Below are positions 26,501 through 36,310 of a DNA stretch of 64,000 bases, in pieces. The position numbers and the translations under genes are program-made. The stretch spans positions 5,866,248-5,930,247 of the forward strand of contig NW_027122708.1 of the NCBI RefSeq assembly GCF_030686945.1, in the 5' to 3' direction. The notes beneath the pieces were generated by a model. It made no database searches. It saw only the letters and a program-made list of their open reading frames with translations, and was not told where the DNA came from. This DNA comes from Centruroides vittatus. Lineage: Eukaryota. Position 1 is the stretch's first letter, and each line of letters begins with the position of its first letter.

Positions 26501-27078
26501 GAAGAACAGGTGATATCGATCCATGACTTCCCATTTGGTCCCTCAAAAGTAGGTATAGATTCCGGATCATTGACACTAATAAGGTTGTTACCGGCCAAGA
26601 AATCCTCCACAGCCTCACCCCTTTGATCCAAGTTCTCGCCCCCCCATGTGGGTGAGTGGGCATTAAAGTCCCCAGCGATAACTAGGTAGCTGTCTTTAAA
26701 GTATTCCTTAATATTCTGTAAAATTTTCAATTCATTGTTGATATCTTTCTTTTTTGGTGCATACACGCTAACGACGATCAGACTGTGATCATCCAATTGT
26801 GTTTCTATACATACTATGTTTTCAGTGGTAAACTGCCGATGATGAAACACGGCGACACTGTTATTTGGAATAACGATAGCAGCCCACGGGGAATTCACAG
26901 AGTCCTGAAGGACAAGATGTCTGTGTGGAATGCAGGCAACCTTGTTATTAATACAATAAGGTTCCTGTAGAAGAACAATATCGTAGTTGGTAATATCGAC
27001 GCTGAGTGAAGAAATAGCACTTATAGATCTTTGTAAATTAAGCTGCAGAAATTTAAATCCATTGTAACTACTCCCCAT
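23509..27078 (-). CDS. LINE ORF2 polyprotein (APE endonuclease, reverse transcriptase, RNase H); intact 1189-aa ORF
   Basis: See the LINE entry; there are no internal stops. Confidence 0.85.
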   Translation of the reverse strand: MGSSYNGFKFLQLNLQRSISAISSLSVDITNYDIVLLQEPYCINNKVACIPHRHLVLQDSVNSPWAAIVIPNNSVAVFHHRQFTTENIVCIETQLDDHSLIVVSVYAPKKKDINNELKILQNIKEYFKDSYLVIAGDFNAHSPTWGGENLDQRGEAVEDFLAGNNLISVNDPESIPTFEGPNGKSWIDITCSSPDILNRIHDWQVIADTLSDHNSITFQIYSTTGKIPFNSNKVYNTKNADWDHFFRYLDDGIDLLPEIMDRDSAVKYIDTQINLIAEACDECFTLRRPSKNGVPWWNEELAEMRKINRQHRKNYQNCRSEERDSLKSRYLEYQAIYKQAIKKAKILSWREFCSSASTDPWGFIYKSCASKLKTATCLTGLCGIDGKEANMEDTIDLLLHTLRPEDIVSEDSTTQQIIRNQTATFLQGPCPPPFTALEVNEAIKRLAPRKAPGLDGISADIVKQIWEHRPKIFLVIYNYCLQYNIFPTAWKRARLVLIPKVRDTPVASPHDYRNISLLPIMGKVLERLILNRTVWFIDKNKYLHEQQYGFRNGYDTTDAILSVTTKVKELLTTHPYVLGLSLDIAGAFNSAWWPMVLLRLQQSKCPAYIYNILRSYLQDRTSTLCVGSRTYTRHISRGCPQGSVLGPFLWNLLFNGFLNEKFGNDWTVAYADDVMVLVAAFSRAEMEVKANSILAKIKDWGETNKLEFNSNKTKGIIFTKPRAPHLYRRVPTIRMGHSSVKVVTSLKYLGIVISHKLCWIPHIKYICNRTNKIFNALSKVAKSKWGLCPEIMSIIYDSVFLPIIGYAAPAWADGLGKVHIDRKLQSAQRRALLRICRAYSTAPTAALQVIASKLPVTLHLEIAVQRWRMRKGQNILLNGVIFDNIESTNSCTPSVPPYEWPYIGGQPWPDQSFSVFTDGSKNNDGVGCAFVVYHGNLEVYNFSDRLGNTCSAFQAELWAILKAVKWSNEELSNTNINLFTDSSSSLQAIHNFNWGHPIVNEILREMTKNINRFSVVWVRGHAGVLGNERADELARTATVSSGTPTYTATPQNYIISSLKENATELWQGTWNLRTNSITRDFFPTVSASNHHYIEHRTTQFYTGHGKFNSYLFRFNKTTEQNCELCNIPDGARHYLLQCPMLDDKRSAILSLLPSSGNWPQDLHVLLQDNNLFQAFRDLVTSYFRRTTVN

Positions 27079-28022
27079 AGTCAGTTCTAGACATTATTAG
27101 GTTCCTGATGCGTCGATATGATGGACAACACCTATCTAATGCATTATGTGCGTTGTTTCTCTCCTTTTGTATAATGCAGTTATGACATTTCGGGCTATGG
27201 TTTCTTTCAGAGCAATCTCTATATCTGTGTTTGCCCGCGCAATGGCTGCAGGTTTCCTCTAACTCCTTGCAGGTTTTGCTGGTATGGCCGAACCGGCAGC
27301 ATCTATAACACTGTATGATTGAATAGTGTTCTTCTGTTGGGCATCTTGCCCATTCTATATTAATCTTCTTTAGTGTGGTAAATATTTTTAGTATTTCAGG
27401 TGAGACATCAGCTACCCAGTTGACTGTCATTCTTACCACCACCAAACGCGAAGCACAGCCCAAGCTCCTCGATAAATCTTTCTCTATTGATATTTGACTG
27501 AATCATTTCATTCTGATCAAAAACACAGTTTGCTATTTCAGCTTTGTCCAAGTGTTTCGACACCTGTCTAATCACCACTTTCGGACTCCTTTTGTTTGGT
27601 ATGATTGTTTTGAGGGTGGGGGCCTTTACCTTAAGCGCATTTTCAAGAACTTGTAATTCACTCCCTTTACTGACATCAATGGCTATCCCACCTCTATCAA
27701 TTCTCCTGAAGCCACTGATTCCCACCCTTAACTGTATAGGATCGATTTTTTCTTTTATTATACTTTTTATGTCCTCCGACCCAGTGTTACTGTCCTTTGG
27801 ATAAACTAGTAGTGTGCTACGCAGATTATTTGATTTTGGTTTAGGAATGTTTACCCCCCCCCCTTTGACAATATCACTATACAGTGTCTTCTGTTCTGTC
27901 CCACAAACAATATTACTAAATTCCTTACATGTCTGTTTGATGGCACTATTCCACGGCAGAGTCGACCTTTTATTTGAGGCTTCTCGTCCGCCTTCAAATG
28001 TAAGCCTGAAATAAAAGGTCAA
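27068..28022 (-). CDS. LINE ORF1 (gag-like, 3x CCHC), interrupted by one frameshift
   Basis: The ORFs 27408..28022 and 27068..27463 overlap in different frames. Zinc knuckles are in the 3' part. Confidence 0.65.
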
Positions 28023-28044
28023 CTCCGCCGTGGAATTGTCTTAG

Positions 28045-28137
28045 CCCTCAACTGCGTGAGAAAGGACATACAGTGTAAAGACACATTATGTATGTATTGT
28101 CTGCAAAGAGAAATATATTTTTTCTTTATTGTATCAC
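28045..28137. repeat. Right arm of the palindrome split by the LINE (reverse complement of 22880..22972)
   Basis: See the left arm. Confidence 0.85.
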
Positions 28138-29079
28138 ATCATCCTGGCTTATTTTTAAAAATTAAAAAAATAAATAAATAAATAAATAAATGGTTTATTT
28201 ATTTTAATTCTAAAATAGATAATTGACACGAAATAGATGTAAAAACTTGTTTTTATTATTTTTTCTGAACTAACTCTATTCGGCAATTTTTTCTGCAAAG
28301 TCGTTAATTACTTTATTATAAAAATCGCTTGTCATTGATTCCATCAAAGTATGTAAAAGCCACATAATGCGATTATAATAAAATATTAATTTTAAGTAAT
28401 TCAAAAGTATGTTAAAATATGAAAATAATCGCACAATATGTATTTATAATTTTAGAAAATACAAGGGAAGTGGCACTTCCACAGCTTCCATGAACAACAC
28501 ATCACTGCAAATTAAGTAATTCTACAATACATTATGGCTTTTTTTTGTTTGTTTTAAATTGTAAATTTCTTGAAGAAGGTCAATTAAGAAGACTGAAAAT
28601 GTTAGCAAAATAAACTTACTGCACTGTAAAGGTAGTTGTACTGCAGTATGCAGTAAAACCTCCAACTTAAGTAAGGCTTTTCCATCTTAGACAGTCTTCC
28701 AACTTTTACCCAAAGTTGAAAATAAAAGGAAATGGTTTGAGTTCATGAAAGTCATATATGATGAATGAAAGAAAATTTTACAATTCCTGAAAGAAGCTGA
28801 GTTTTCAAATTATTTCCTGAATTGAAGAAAAATCATTGAAGAAAGGGTACAGAAGCTCAGAATGCTTATTTTGAGATAAAATATAAGTAAATTTATTTAA
28901 AATTACAAGTTTTGATTTGAAAGTTTCAGAAAAGGATTTTATCCTTTGACCGTATCTTGAAGATTTGATCATAATCATCAAAATTATTTTAATCCTTGAT
29001 AATATCTTAGAAAAATTTTGAAAACATACTCCAGAATCTTTATAAAAAAGAATGCTTTCTTCTAAATTGCAATACTTAC

Positions 29080-29189
29080 CTCAGAAGAAATAGTGTTTAT
29101 TACTTGTTGATGATGCTTTTTTGAAATCCCAGTAACTATTAAATTTCTTAAATTTCTAAGCATTGCCATGTATGGTAATTTCTTTTGAT
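29080..29189 (-). CDS. Ro60: Ro60-like exon (D)QKKLPYMAMLRNLRNLIVTGISKKHHQQVINTISSE, TROVE domain
   Basis: A ttttataatag acceptor and a gtaagt donor flank the exon. It matches Ro60 …[27 protein letters not shown]. Confidence 0.7.
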
Positions 29190-29268
29190 CTATTATAAAA
29201 GAAATGAAAGTTAATAATGATAAAAATAATTTATTTAAAATTTTATAATAAATATATGCAATGTACAC

Positions 29269-29426
29269 CTAACAAATTTTGCCATACAGAAGCTTTGTTT
29301 CCTTTGGTAGACAATTTTGTTTCCCAAGTTTCAGGGACTGGTAATTTCATTCTTTTTCCTGCCTTAGTTTCATCCCAAATTCCAGGAAGATTGCTCTTAT
29401 TGAAAGATTCCAAATCAGAAGGGTAC
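29269..29426 (-). CDS. Ro60: Ro60-like exon …[57 protein letters not shown] domain
   Basis: A catttgacag acceptor precedes the exon. The GTGTAC donor is weak, but phase joins …VWQNLL-D-QKKLPYMAMLRNL, mirroring Ro60 [21 protein letters not shown]. Confidence 0.6.
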
Positions 29427-29829
29427 CTGTCAAATGTAATATATAAAAATAAAAATTTGTTATCCAACTATAAATCTTTAAAGTTATAAACTTAAATATA
29501 AATTTGTAATTAATATGACAAAATTTAAATACAATAAGTACTTAATAAGTATTATTCTTTATCTAATTGCTTATTGCACATCTAGTAAAAATATACAAAA
29601 TTTTAATATTTGTTAAGGTTTATTACTTAGAAACAAATACATAAATGTAAATTAACTATACAATTTATCAGAAAATTAAATTTGAGAAAATTATTTAGCA
29701 AAACTTATCAATTTTATATGTAATAAATTATTTTTTGCCTTCTTGATTTAATTTAACACACTTTCTTATGTAATGTAATAATAATAAGTTTAAACAGCTA
29801 ATATTCAATAAGATAGCAATAAGTCATAC

Positions 29830-29938
29830 TTTTTTCCTATGAGACACATAACATATTCCACAGGTTTTGTAATATGAAGCAATCGTATTAATCTTTTTAA
29901 TGTGTATGACTGCTTGTTTATATTAATCTCAGCTTCAT
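29830..29938 (-). CDS. Ro60: Ro60-like exon (D)EAEININKQSYTLKRLIRLLHITKPVEYVMCLIGKK
   Basis: A tgttccag acceptor and a gtatga donor flank the exon. Phase is 1 in and 2 out, linking the 32158..32233 and 29269..29426 exons. It is collinear with Ro60 …[32 protein letters not shown], and the combined 35-aa spacing is identical. Confidence 0.55.
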
Positions 29939-31500
29939 CTGGAACAATTTTGGTTTGAAGTAAAACCTATTATGAAAATTTTAAATTTACTTATACTTTT
30001 ATTATTACTTTATAAAAATTTAAATATATAAAAGCTCAATTTTTTTTTATCTAATATGCAAAATTTTTTTCTAATAAATAAAATAAAAATTTTAACTTAT
30101 GAAAAACTTTCATTTTAGAAAATACAAATCATTTTAAATATTTCTGTTTTAATATTACATTATGAACCATGGTGGCCAAACTGCAGCTTGTCTGTCTAAA
30201 ATTCTGATTTTTATTACTATAGATTACTAATATTTAAAATGTCCAGAATTATATTCAAGATTTTTTTTATTAAATTACATCAAGATTTGCATATTAAAAA
30301 AATAAACTGCAAAAGAATGTCAAATCATAAGAAATATTCAATGTTTTGGTAATTTGCAGCATTTGTTAAATGAAAATTAACTATACATACATTACATTAC
30401 CATATTTACTCACATATAAGATGAGGTTTTTATTCATTTATCACAGCTTCAAATTCCTAGGTTGTCCTATACGCACGAGCAAAGATTCTTAGCATTTTTG
30501 CAAATAATTTTTGTAAACCGTGTATTTGCATTTTTTACCGGATACTTACCCTCTTGTATTTAAAAACATAAGTATTTTATCTGGGTCATTTGAATAGTTC
30601 TTGTATATTGTCAGGAGTAAAGATGAATTGGATTGAATTCCAGATTGAAATTCCAAAATCACATGGGAACCCGATATAAGTTTTAATCTATTCCCACATG
30701 AAAACAGATGATTATTCGGAAATCAGAATTCAGAGAAACTCATAAGTGTAATCGATGGAGAGTGGATTCAACTCTCAAGAATTGGCAAAAAAGGTTCCTT
30801 ATTGCCCAGCTTTATGTGAAGAAATTATGTTGATTTTACAAGAATTTTCCTTATAGTTTAAAATGCCAGTAATTTTTGCGAGACAATGTGTGCATTTACA
30901 TTCATTTGATATTTTATTTGTGATTAAATGAAATTAGAAATGTAGAAAAGTTTTCCATAATGGAACTACAGTACAAAGGATATCAATATTGATATGAAGG
31001 TCACCCCCTAAATGAAATTCCTGCATCCACCCGAGTTATTACACATTCTAAACAAATATTATACAACAGTAGATTATTTGTTTCATTATATTTACATTTA
31101 TCTTATTTCAAAATTCAGTTTTAAATATAAACTTAACTAGCTGTTACCCGTGGCTTCGCTCATGCAGATCTTGCAAGCAAACCCTATTTACATTCAGTAT
31201 TTCAACAACCATAGTAATTGTTATTTAACACCTACCGCTGAGAATGATGAGAATTGCTGAGAATCAAACAAACTGTTTTAATTTGATAAATTTTCTGGAA
31301 CATTTACAATCATTCTATAATCAAACCAATATGTAAAAAGAAATTTGAATTTAAAACGGTTCAAATATTTGGTTAAAAACTTGAAATATATAAAAAATAT
31401 TTATAACAATGTCTGAAATGTTATCAATTTAAAATACCCCTAAGTACTCAATGAAGACTAAACATAATTAAAAACAAAAAATCGCATCTAAAATAGTACT

Positions 31501-31700
31501 GTAGAAGCCATTCTTTAGGTTAAGACTTAATGCTCTCCCTCTCCCCCGCAGGGGAATTGTGAAAAATCCCTTCTTAGTGTGCATTTTCATGACGTACCCT
31601 AACTGTGTACCAAATTTCACCTCTAGGTTTTGGAACTTTCTAGAAAAAAACTGGAACATTCTCATTGAAGCGTCACACATTTTCAAAGTCAACCACTTTC
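31501..31700 (-). repeat. Copy A (single unit) of a roughly 165-bp interspersed/tandem repeat family
   Basis: It shares …gtacactaagaagggatttttc(a/g)(c/a)aattccc…gcag(g/t)gga…taaagaa…ctattttagatgcg(a/g)tttttt with 55241-55480, in inverted orientation. Confidence 0.6.
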
Positions 31701-31853
31701 AACCCCCATATCTCCCACACCCTTACAGCTATCGAGACACAACCACCATAGTGCACGATGGGAGACTTGGGGCTACTACCACACACAAACACCATTCATG
31801 TGTGATGTGTAGTTTTGGCTGCAGAGTGAAATATAGGCACAAACATGTCCATT

Positions 31854-31855
<2 letters not shown>

Positions 31856-31884
<29 letters not shown>
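31856..31884. repeat. (TA)n microsatellite
   Basis: Direct reading. Confidence 0.95.
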
Positions 31885-31887
<3 letters not shown>

Positions 31888-32157
31888 CTAACTATTACAG
31901 CAAGTAAAAAACTATATGCAAAATAATAACAAATATCTAAAACACAGTAAAATTATAATATATTTTGATTATATATACTAAGATAAAATACAAACCTTTT
32001 CATTTTTATTTATTGGTTTCTTTCGTTTTCTTTTACTTTTATCACGATTATATTTTGCTATTAAAATAATAAAATAATTTAGTATCATTATACATAAATT
32101 TAAATTATTTATGAACATATAAAATAATATTAATGAAAAAAATATATATAAAATCAC

Positions 32158-32233
32158 CTAATTGATATTCATCAAATTTTGTAAAAGTATCAATCATAAC
32201 TCTTCTTAAAGAAGCAGGAAGAACTGGTGAATC
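32158..32233 (-). CDS. Ro60: Ro60-like exon DSPVLPASLRRVMIDTFTKFDEYQL
   Basis: A taattag acceptor and a gtgatt donor flank the exon. It matches Ro60 …[21 protein letters not shown]. Confidence 0.55.
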
Positions 32234-32525
32234 CTAATTAATATATTTAATTTTAATAAATTTTAACATGACAATTAATGCATTTTGTTATATTTAGAAA
32301 ATACATTTTGAACAGATTTATTATAATTTTACAAAACAGATTTTATAAAAGAAATAAGTTAATTTTGTTTACTTAACTAAATATATTTCTCCTTAGCATT
32401 ATTTCCCCTTTTATATTCAACTACTCAAAACTGGATGTTAATAAATAAAGTGCACGTTCTTACTTAATTGTACTGTGAGTGAGTACACGAAAATTCGAAT
32501 TTCCTTTCTTTTCTGACTTACAAAA

Positions 32526-32729
32526 TTATATTTCATAAATTGCCCACAAAGCATTTGAAAGGTTTTCCGCATCCCAATGATTGATGCAGTGTGACCTTTC
32601 GTGTGGTTTATATATTCCTAATTTTTTCATAAATCCAATGTTGTGTAAGTTAAAAGTGGGCCTAATAATTTTGGCTTGATCCCATTGAATGTACACATCA
32701 TTGTTCTCTGAATAAGCTGCTAGTACCAT
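32526..32729 (-). mobile_element. PLE copy d: degenerate C-terminal GIY-YIG fragment
   Basis: DVYIQWDQAKIIRPTFNLHNIGFMKKLGIYKPHERSHCINHWDAENLSNALW is collinear with copy a DVDVHWDKASIIRATTNKQMLKHLEKLEIYKAHVNTGCINHRDADGLSTAWK. Confidence 0.6.
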
Positions 32730-33595
32730 GTTACTGAGGTTTTTTCTAGCTGTGTATTAATGTTCTTTGACCCTCTGCTGTAAATTACAAAGAGTAGCCA
32801 CTATGTAAACTAGCTTTGAATTGAAACAATGGTCATTGACCATTGGAGTAAATCCCAGTGGGGAAGTCCTAATCATGTGGTTTTTATCATCATTCCTCAG
32901 CATCTTAAAAATCATTGGATTAAATTGAAATACTATATTCCTGACTTTGTTATTTTGAATTTGTAATTAAGAATTTGAAAAGTTTGTAACTGAAATTGAT
33001 CAATGAAATCTGATTAAGAACGTTATTATTTCAATAAATTTTTAGCTGGATTTACCAAGGTTTAGTTTATTGGTTTATTTGAATCTATCCAGTTTTTCCA
33101 CTTCCTTGATTATTAACAGATCTGTAAACAATCATAAATTCCAACAAATCCTTTAATAACTAACATTTGACTGTATTCAAAAGCCTTACATCAAATTACA
33201 TTATTTTGAATATATTAAAACATCTATGAAGACATTGTGAGCATCTTTGATATTTGAAATTGGTTAATTTTCTAAAATCAAGCTATTAGTAACATTCAAA
33301 AAAATTTTGATAAAACTAACTTTATCACTAACAAAACAGACTACTATTAAAAGTCTGTTGTTTACTTGCTTAAAAAATCTTAAATTTTGAATAAACATTC
33401 TTGTCTTTGTAAATTCTGTAATACAGTATGTTGAAATAAAGATTATAAATGACAAACTATTTTGTGCCCATATATACAACCACTATATGACCACTTGATT
33501 TCCCCCAAGAACAGTCACAAATAAGAAGTTTTATTGTATGTTGTTCTTTTTAACTTATATTAGTCTTGAAAATTTTAAAACTTCTTAATTATTAC

Positions 33596-33772
33596 CTTTT
33601 CTAATAATGTCTTATATATTTCTGCAACCGCCATCCAATCAGTAGGTAAACATATTGATTCTTTAAAATACTTTTTTAAAAATGGTCGGCAATTCTTGTG
33701 AAAGGAAGCATAAGCCAACAGGAAGTTAGCTGTTGTTCTTATATTTAGTTCTTTCCTAGTGTAAAGAGCAAC
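33596..33772 (-). CDS. Ro60: Ro60-like exon VALYTRKELNIRTTANFLLAYASFHKNCRPFLKKYFKESICLPTDWMAVAEIYKTLLEK (59 codons)
   Basis: A tttgtttag acceptor and a gtaata donor flank the exon. SICLPTDWMAVAEIYK matches Ro60 EVCRIPTHLFTFIQFKK. The length from the upstream exon to here matches Ro60 within 1 residue. Confidence 0.6.
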
Positions 33773-33850
33773 CTAAACAAATTAAAATAATAATATATTT
33801 TTAACTTACTCATAAATAAACCAGAAAAATTATTTTTAAGTTAACTATCT

Positions 33851-34040
33851 AGGCCAGTGGTTTCCAAACTTTTTTGATTCTAGGCATCTTTGTTAAATGC
33901 AGATTTTCCCAAGGCACCCTATGTCAAATTCTAACAAGTACATTAAATTCTAATATTATAAAAATTTCATAACATTTCATGGTACCCCTGTGAGGAAGAC
34001 ACGGCACCCTAGGGTGCACACTTTGGAAACCACTGATCTA
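33851..34040. mobile_element. MITE with CAGTGGTTTCCAAA termini (Tc1/mariner-type), about 190 bp
   Basis: The 5' end is ggccagtggtttccaaactttt. The 3' end is cactttggaaaccactgatc. The second-tier IR is agggtgcc/ggcaccct. Confidence 0.7.
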
Positions 34041-34254
34041 GGTCAAATATTTTAGGCTATTTTTACAACTTACAAAAATTTAAAAATTTCTGCACACACA
34101 AACAAGCAAGCAAACACTGATTGTAACTTAGCAATCCAAATGTAACAAAATTTGGTACGGTGATACTTTGGAATACATTAAATAATATATTCCAAACATT
34201 CCATATGAAGATGAGAAAAGCATTTCCATAAATAATTAGTGCAAAATCTTACTA

Positions 34255-34430
34255 CTATGGTACTTTTAGTGCTGCAAATAACAATATTTTGTTTGTACAA
34301 GTTGTACAAACAAAATATTGTCATGTATGTCTTGTACAGTACAAGACATACATATGTCTGTACTGTAAAGGTTGAAGAAATTCTGTAAAGGTTGCTATAC
34401 AAAGACCTTAGAAACCTTTACAGAATTTCT
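34255..34430. repeat. Three consecutive perfect hairpins (aatattttgtttgtacaa|ttgtacaaacaaaatatt; catgtatgtcttgtac|gtacaagacatacatatg; gaaattctgtaaaggtt…aacctttacagaatttc)
   Basis: Direct reading of the palindromes. Confidence 0.8.
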
Positions 34431-34496
34431 TCTAGAATACAACTTGTAGTATGTTATCAATATACACCATTATAATTTTAAGAATCTGAACAAAAT

Positions 34497-34765
34497 TTCA
34501 GTTTTTTGGTTATCAATTAGCAGTTTTTTGAAATCTTTTAGTTTTAAATCCTTTTCATTTTTTTCCATTATCTGATAGTATTTTTGTGTGTACTTTTAAT
34601 AAAACTGCTAATTGATAACCAAAAAACTGAAATTTTCTTCATAATCAATTAGCAGTTTTATTAAAAGTACACACAAAAATACTATCAGATAATGAAAAAA
34701 AAATGAAAAGGATTTAAAACTAAAAGATTTCAAAAAAACTGCTAATTGACACCAAGAAACAGAAA
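34497..34765. mobile_element. Foldback element: roughly 115-bp arms plus a palindromic centre
   Basis: cagttttttggttatcaattagcagttttttgaaatcttttagttttaaatccttttcattttttt… is repeated as its reverse complement from about 34645. Confidence 0.75.
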
Positions 34766-36310
34766 TTTTGTTCATATTCTTTCTTCCAAAATATTCTACA
34801 AATTAATTAATTCAATTTAATTATTAAATTTAGTACAAGACGGCAACTTAATCATCTATCTTTACCCAAATTATATAATATCACTGTATTTAATTAGCCA
34901 GGTTATAATACTAGATTCATTATCAGGCTTTAAGTTAATTTGATTACAGAATTTGGTCTTGGTTTATTGTAATAAACATTGAATGTATATTATTGTGACT
35001 GCCACAATGCCAAGCTGCAGTTTTTAATCATAAATTATAAAAAAATCATGAAAATTCTGGTCTTGATTAAAAGTCATGTGATTATATACTACTCGTATAT
35101 ACTTAACTATAGCAATTAACTATATAGAGATTTCTGGTCCAGGCTGGAAGTTCATATATAGTTAATTGGGAGCTCCAGCCCATATCAGGTGTTAATTTTT
35201 GTCTAGCTCTGTCTTCAAGGTTAATGAATGACAGATGGACAGACAACAGTGAGAATGAATAGGTCTGCAATTTGAATTGCAGCCTAATAATAAAGATTTT
35301 AATTTAAATGAAATTTGGTCCTCAGAAATAATTTGGATATTCTATGGTGAAAAGTGTCGTCCCTATCTTACTGTTTCAGTACATTGCATATAATCTTTGT
35401 ACTGAGTCAGTACTGCTAATCTTCATATAATGTGGTTTCAATATAACGTGGTTCACAAATTGTAGCAATCCTTGTACAATGCAATTTAGATACGAGTCCA
35501 TATGAAATCATCTGTTTACCTTATTCTATTAAATGTTCTTTCAATTACAACATACTTCCAATGTAGATTATACAATTTTTCCCCTACATGGTGAAAGCTT
35601 CTCTCTACAATGATGAAAACTTTTTATTTTGCATGGCAATCTTATTAAAAAAATGTAAATTATTATTCTGTGCTAACAAGTATGTAATTTATATACTAGA
35701 AATTCCCTTTGGCATTTTGTATGTAAGTTGCATGCTGCTTATAATCATCTTTTTCAGCTGTGTTCTTGAAAATAGCATTCAATTAGATAATAAGTGTTGA
35801 CAAGTTAGTTAAAGACATACAGTAAGTCCATATCAATTCTAAGTGATTAAAATTATGTTTTAAATTTTAATAAGTTTGTGTTTGTTTTGCAATTCATGTT
35901 TTGTTAAATGAAATTTTCTGAAATAAATAAAACTATTTTTTCTTACATGATAGATAAAATTTACATTAAAAAAATCATTTTGGAATGTAAACTCATTTTG
36001 TATGTAATGCGAGTCTCAAATAATGCAATTTTTATAACAAGACATTTTTGTGGAACCTAACTACTTGCATTATATGAGGGTTACCTTCATAAAAGAAAGA
36101 AAAACAATAGATGACTTTAAGTAGATTGATATAGATAAGTTAGGTTTAATATCAATTTAGACAACAGTTTTTTATACATAAAATAAAAAATGCTATCATT
36201 CTGATTCATGAAAAATTGAATTTATAAAGCATTATTTGTAAATTTGCAAGTTAAACTTTGATCATAGTTTATATTAACTATAAGTAAATCAGCTACTGGA
36301 AAAATAAACT

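Larger units (their letters stand above)
22977..28044 (-). mobile_element. Full-length non-LTR retrotransposon (LINE), I-superfamily-like: ORF1 with three CCHC zinc knuckles, ORF2 with APE endonuclease, RT, RNase H and a C-terminal CCHC; poly(A) tail, seen as T11 on + at 22977-22987
   Basis: ORF2 is 23509..27078 (1189 aa) and carries VLLQEPY (APE), FRNGYDTTDAI, YADDVMVL (RT), FTDGSKNNDGVGCAF (RNase H) and CELCNIPDGARHYLLQCP. ORF1 is 27068..28022 and carries CYRCCRFGHTSKTC, CSHCAGKHRYRDC and CHNC. ORF1 is split by one frameshift near 27410-27460. The ORF2 ATG lies 5 nt after the ORF1 stop. Confidence 0.85.

Noticed and set aside
23926-28014. Multiple plus-strand ORFs of 60-160 aa (23926..24126, 24755..25234, 26263..26526, 27544..27804, 27814..28014)
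   Set aside because: They are antisense shadows of the LINE ORF1 and ORF2 coding sequence.
28870-29015. Minus-strand ORF ILSRIKIILMIMIKSSRYGQRIKSFSETFKSKLVILNKF as the missing Ro60 exon (resembling [24 protein letters not shown])
   Set aside because: No GT donor could be found in the phase required to join the 14102..14279 exon. The sequence is low-complexity AT-rich, so it is left unresolved.
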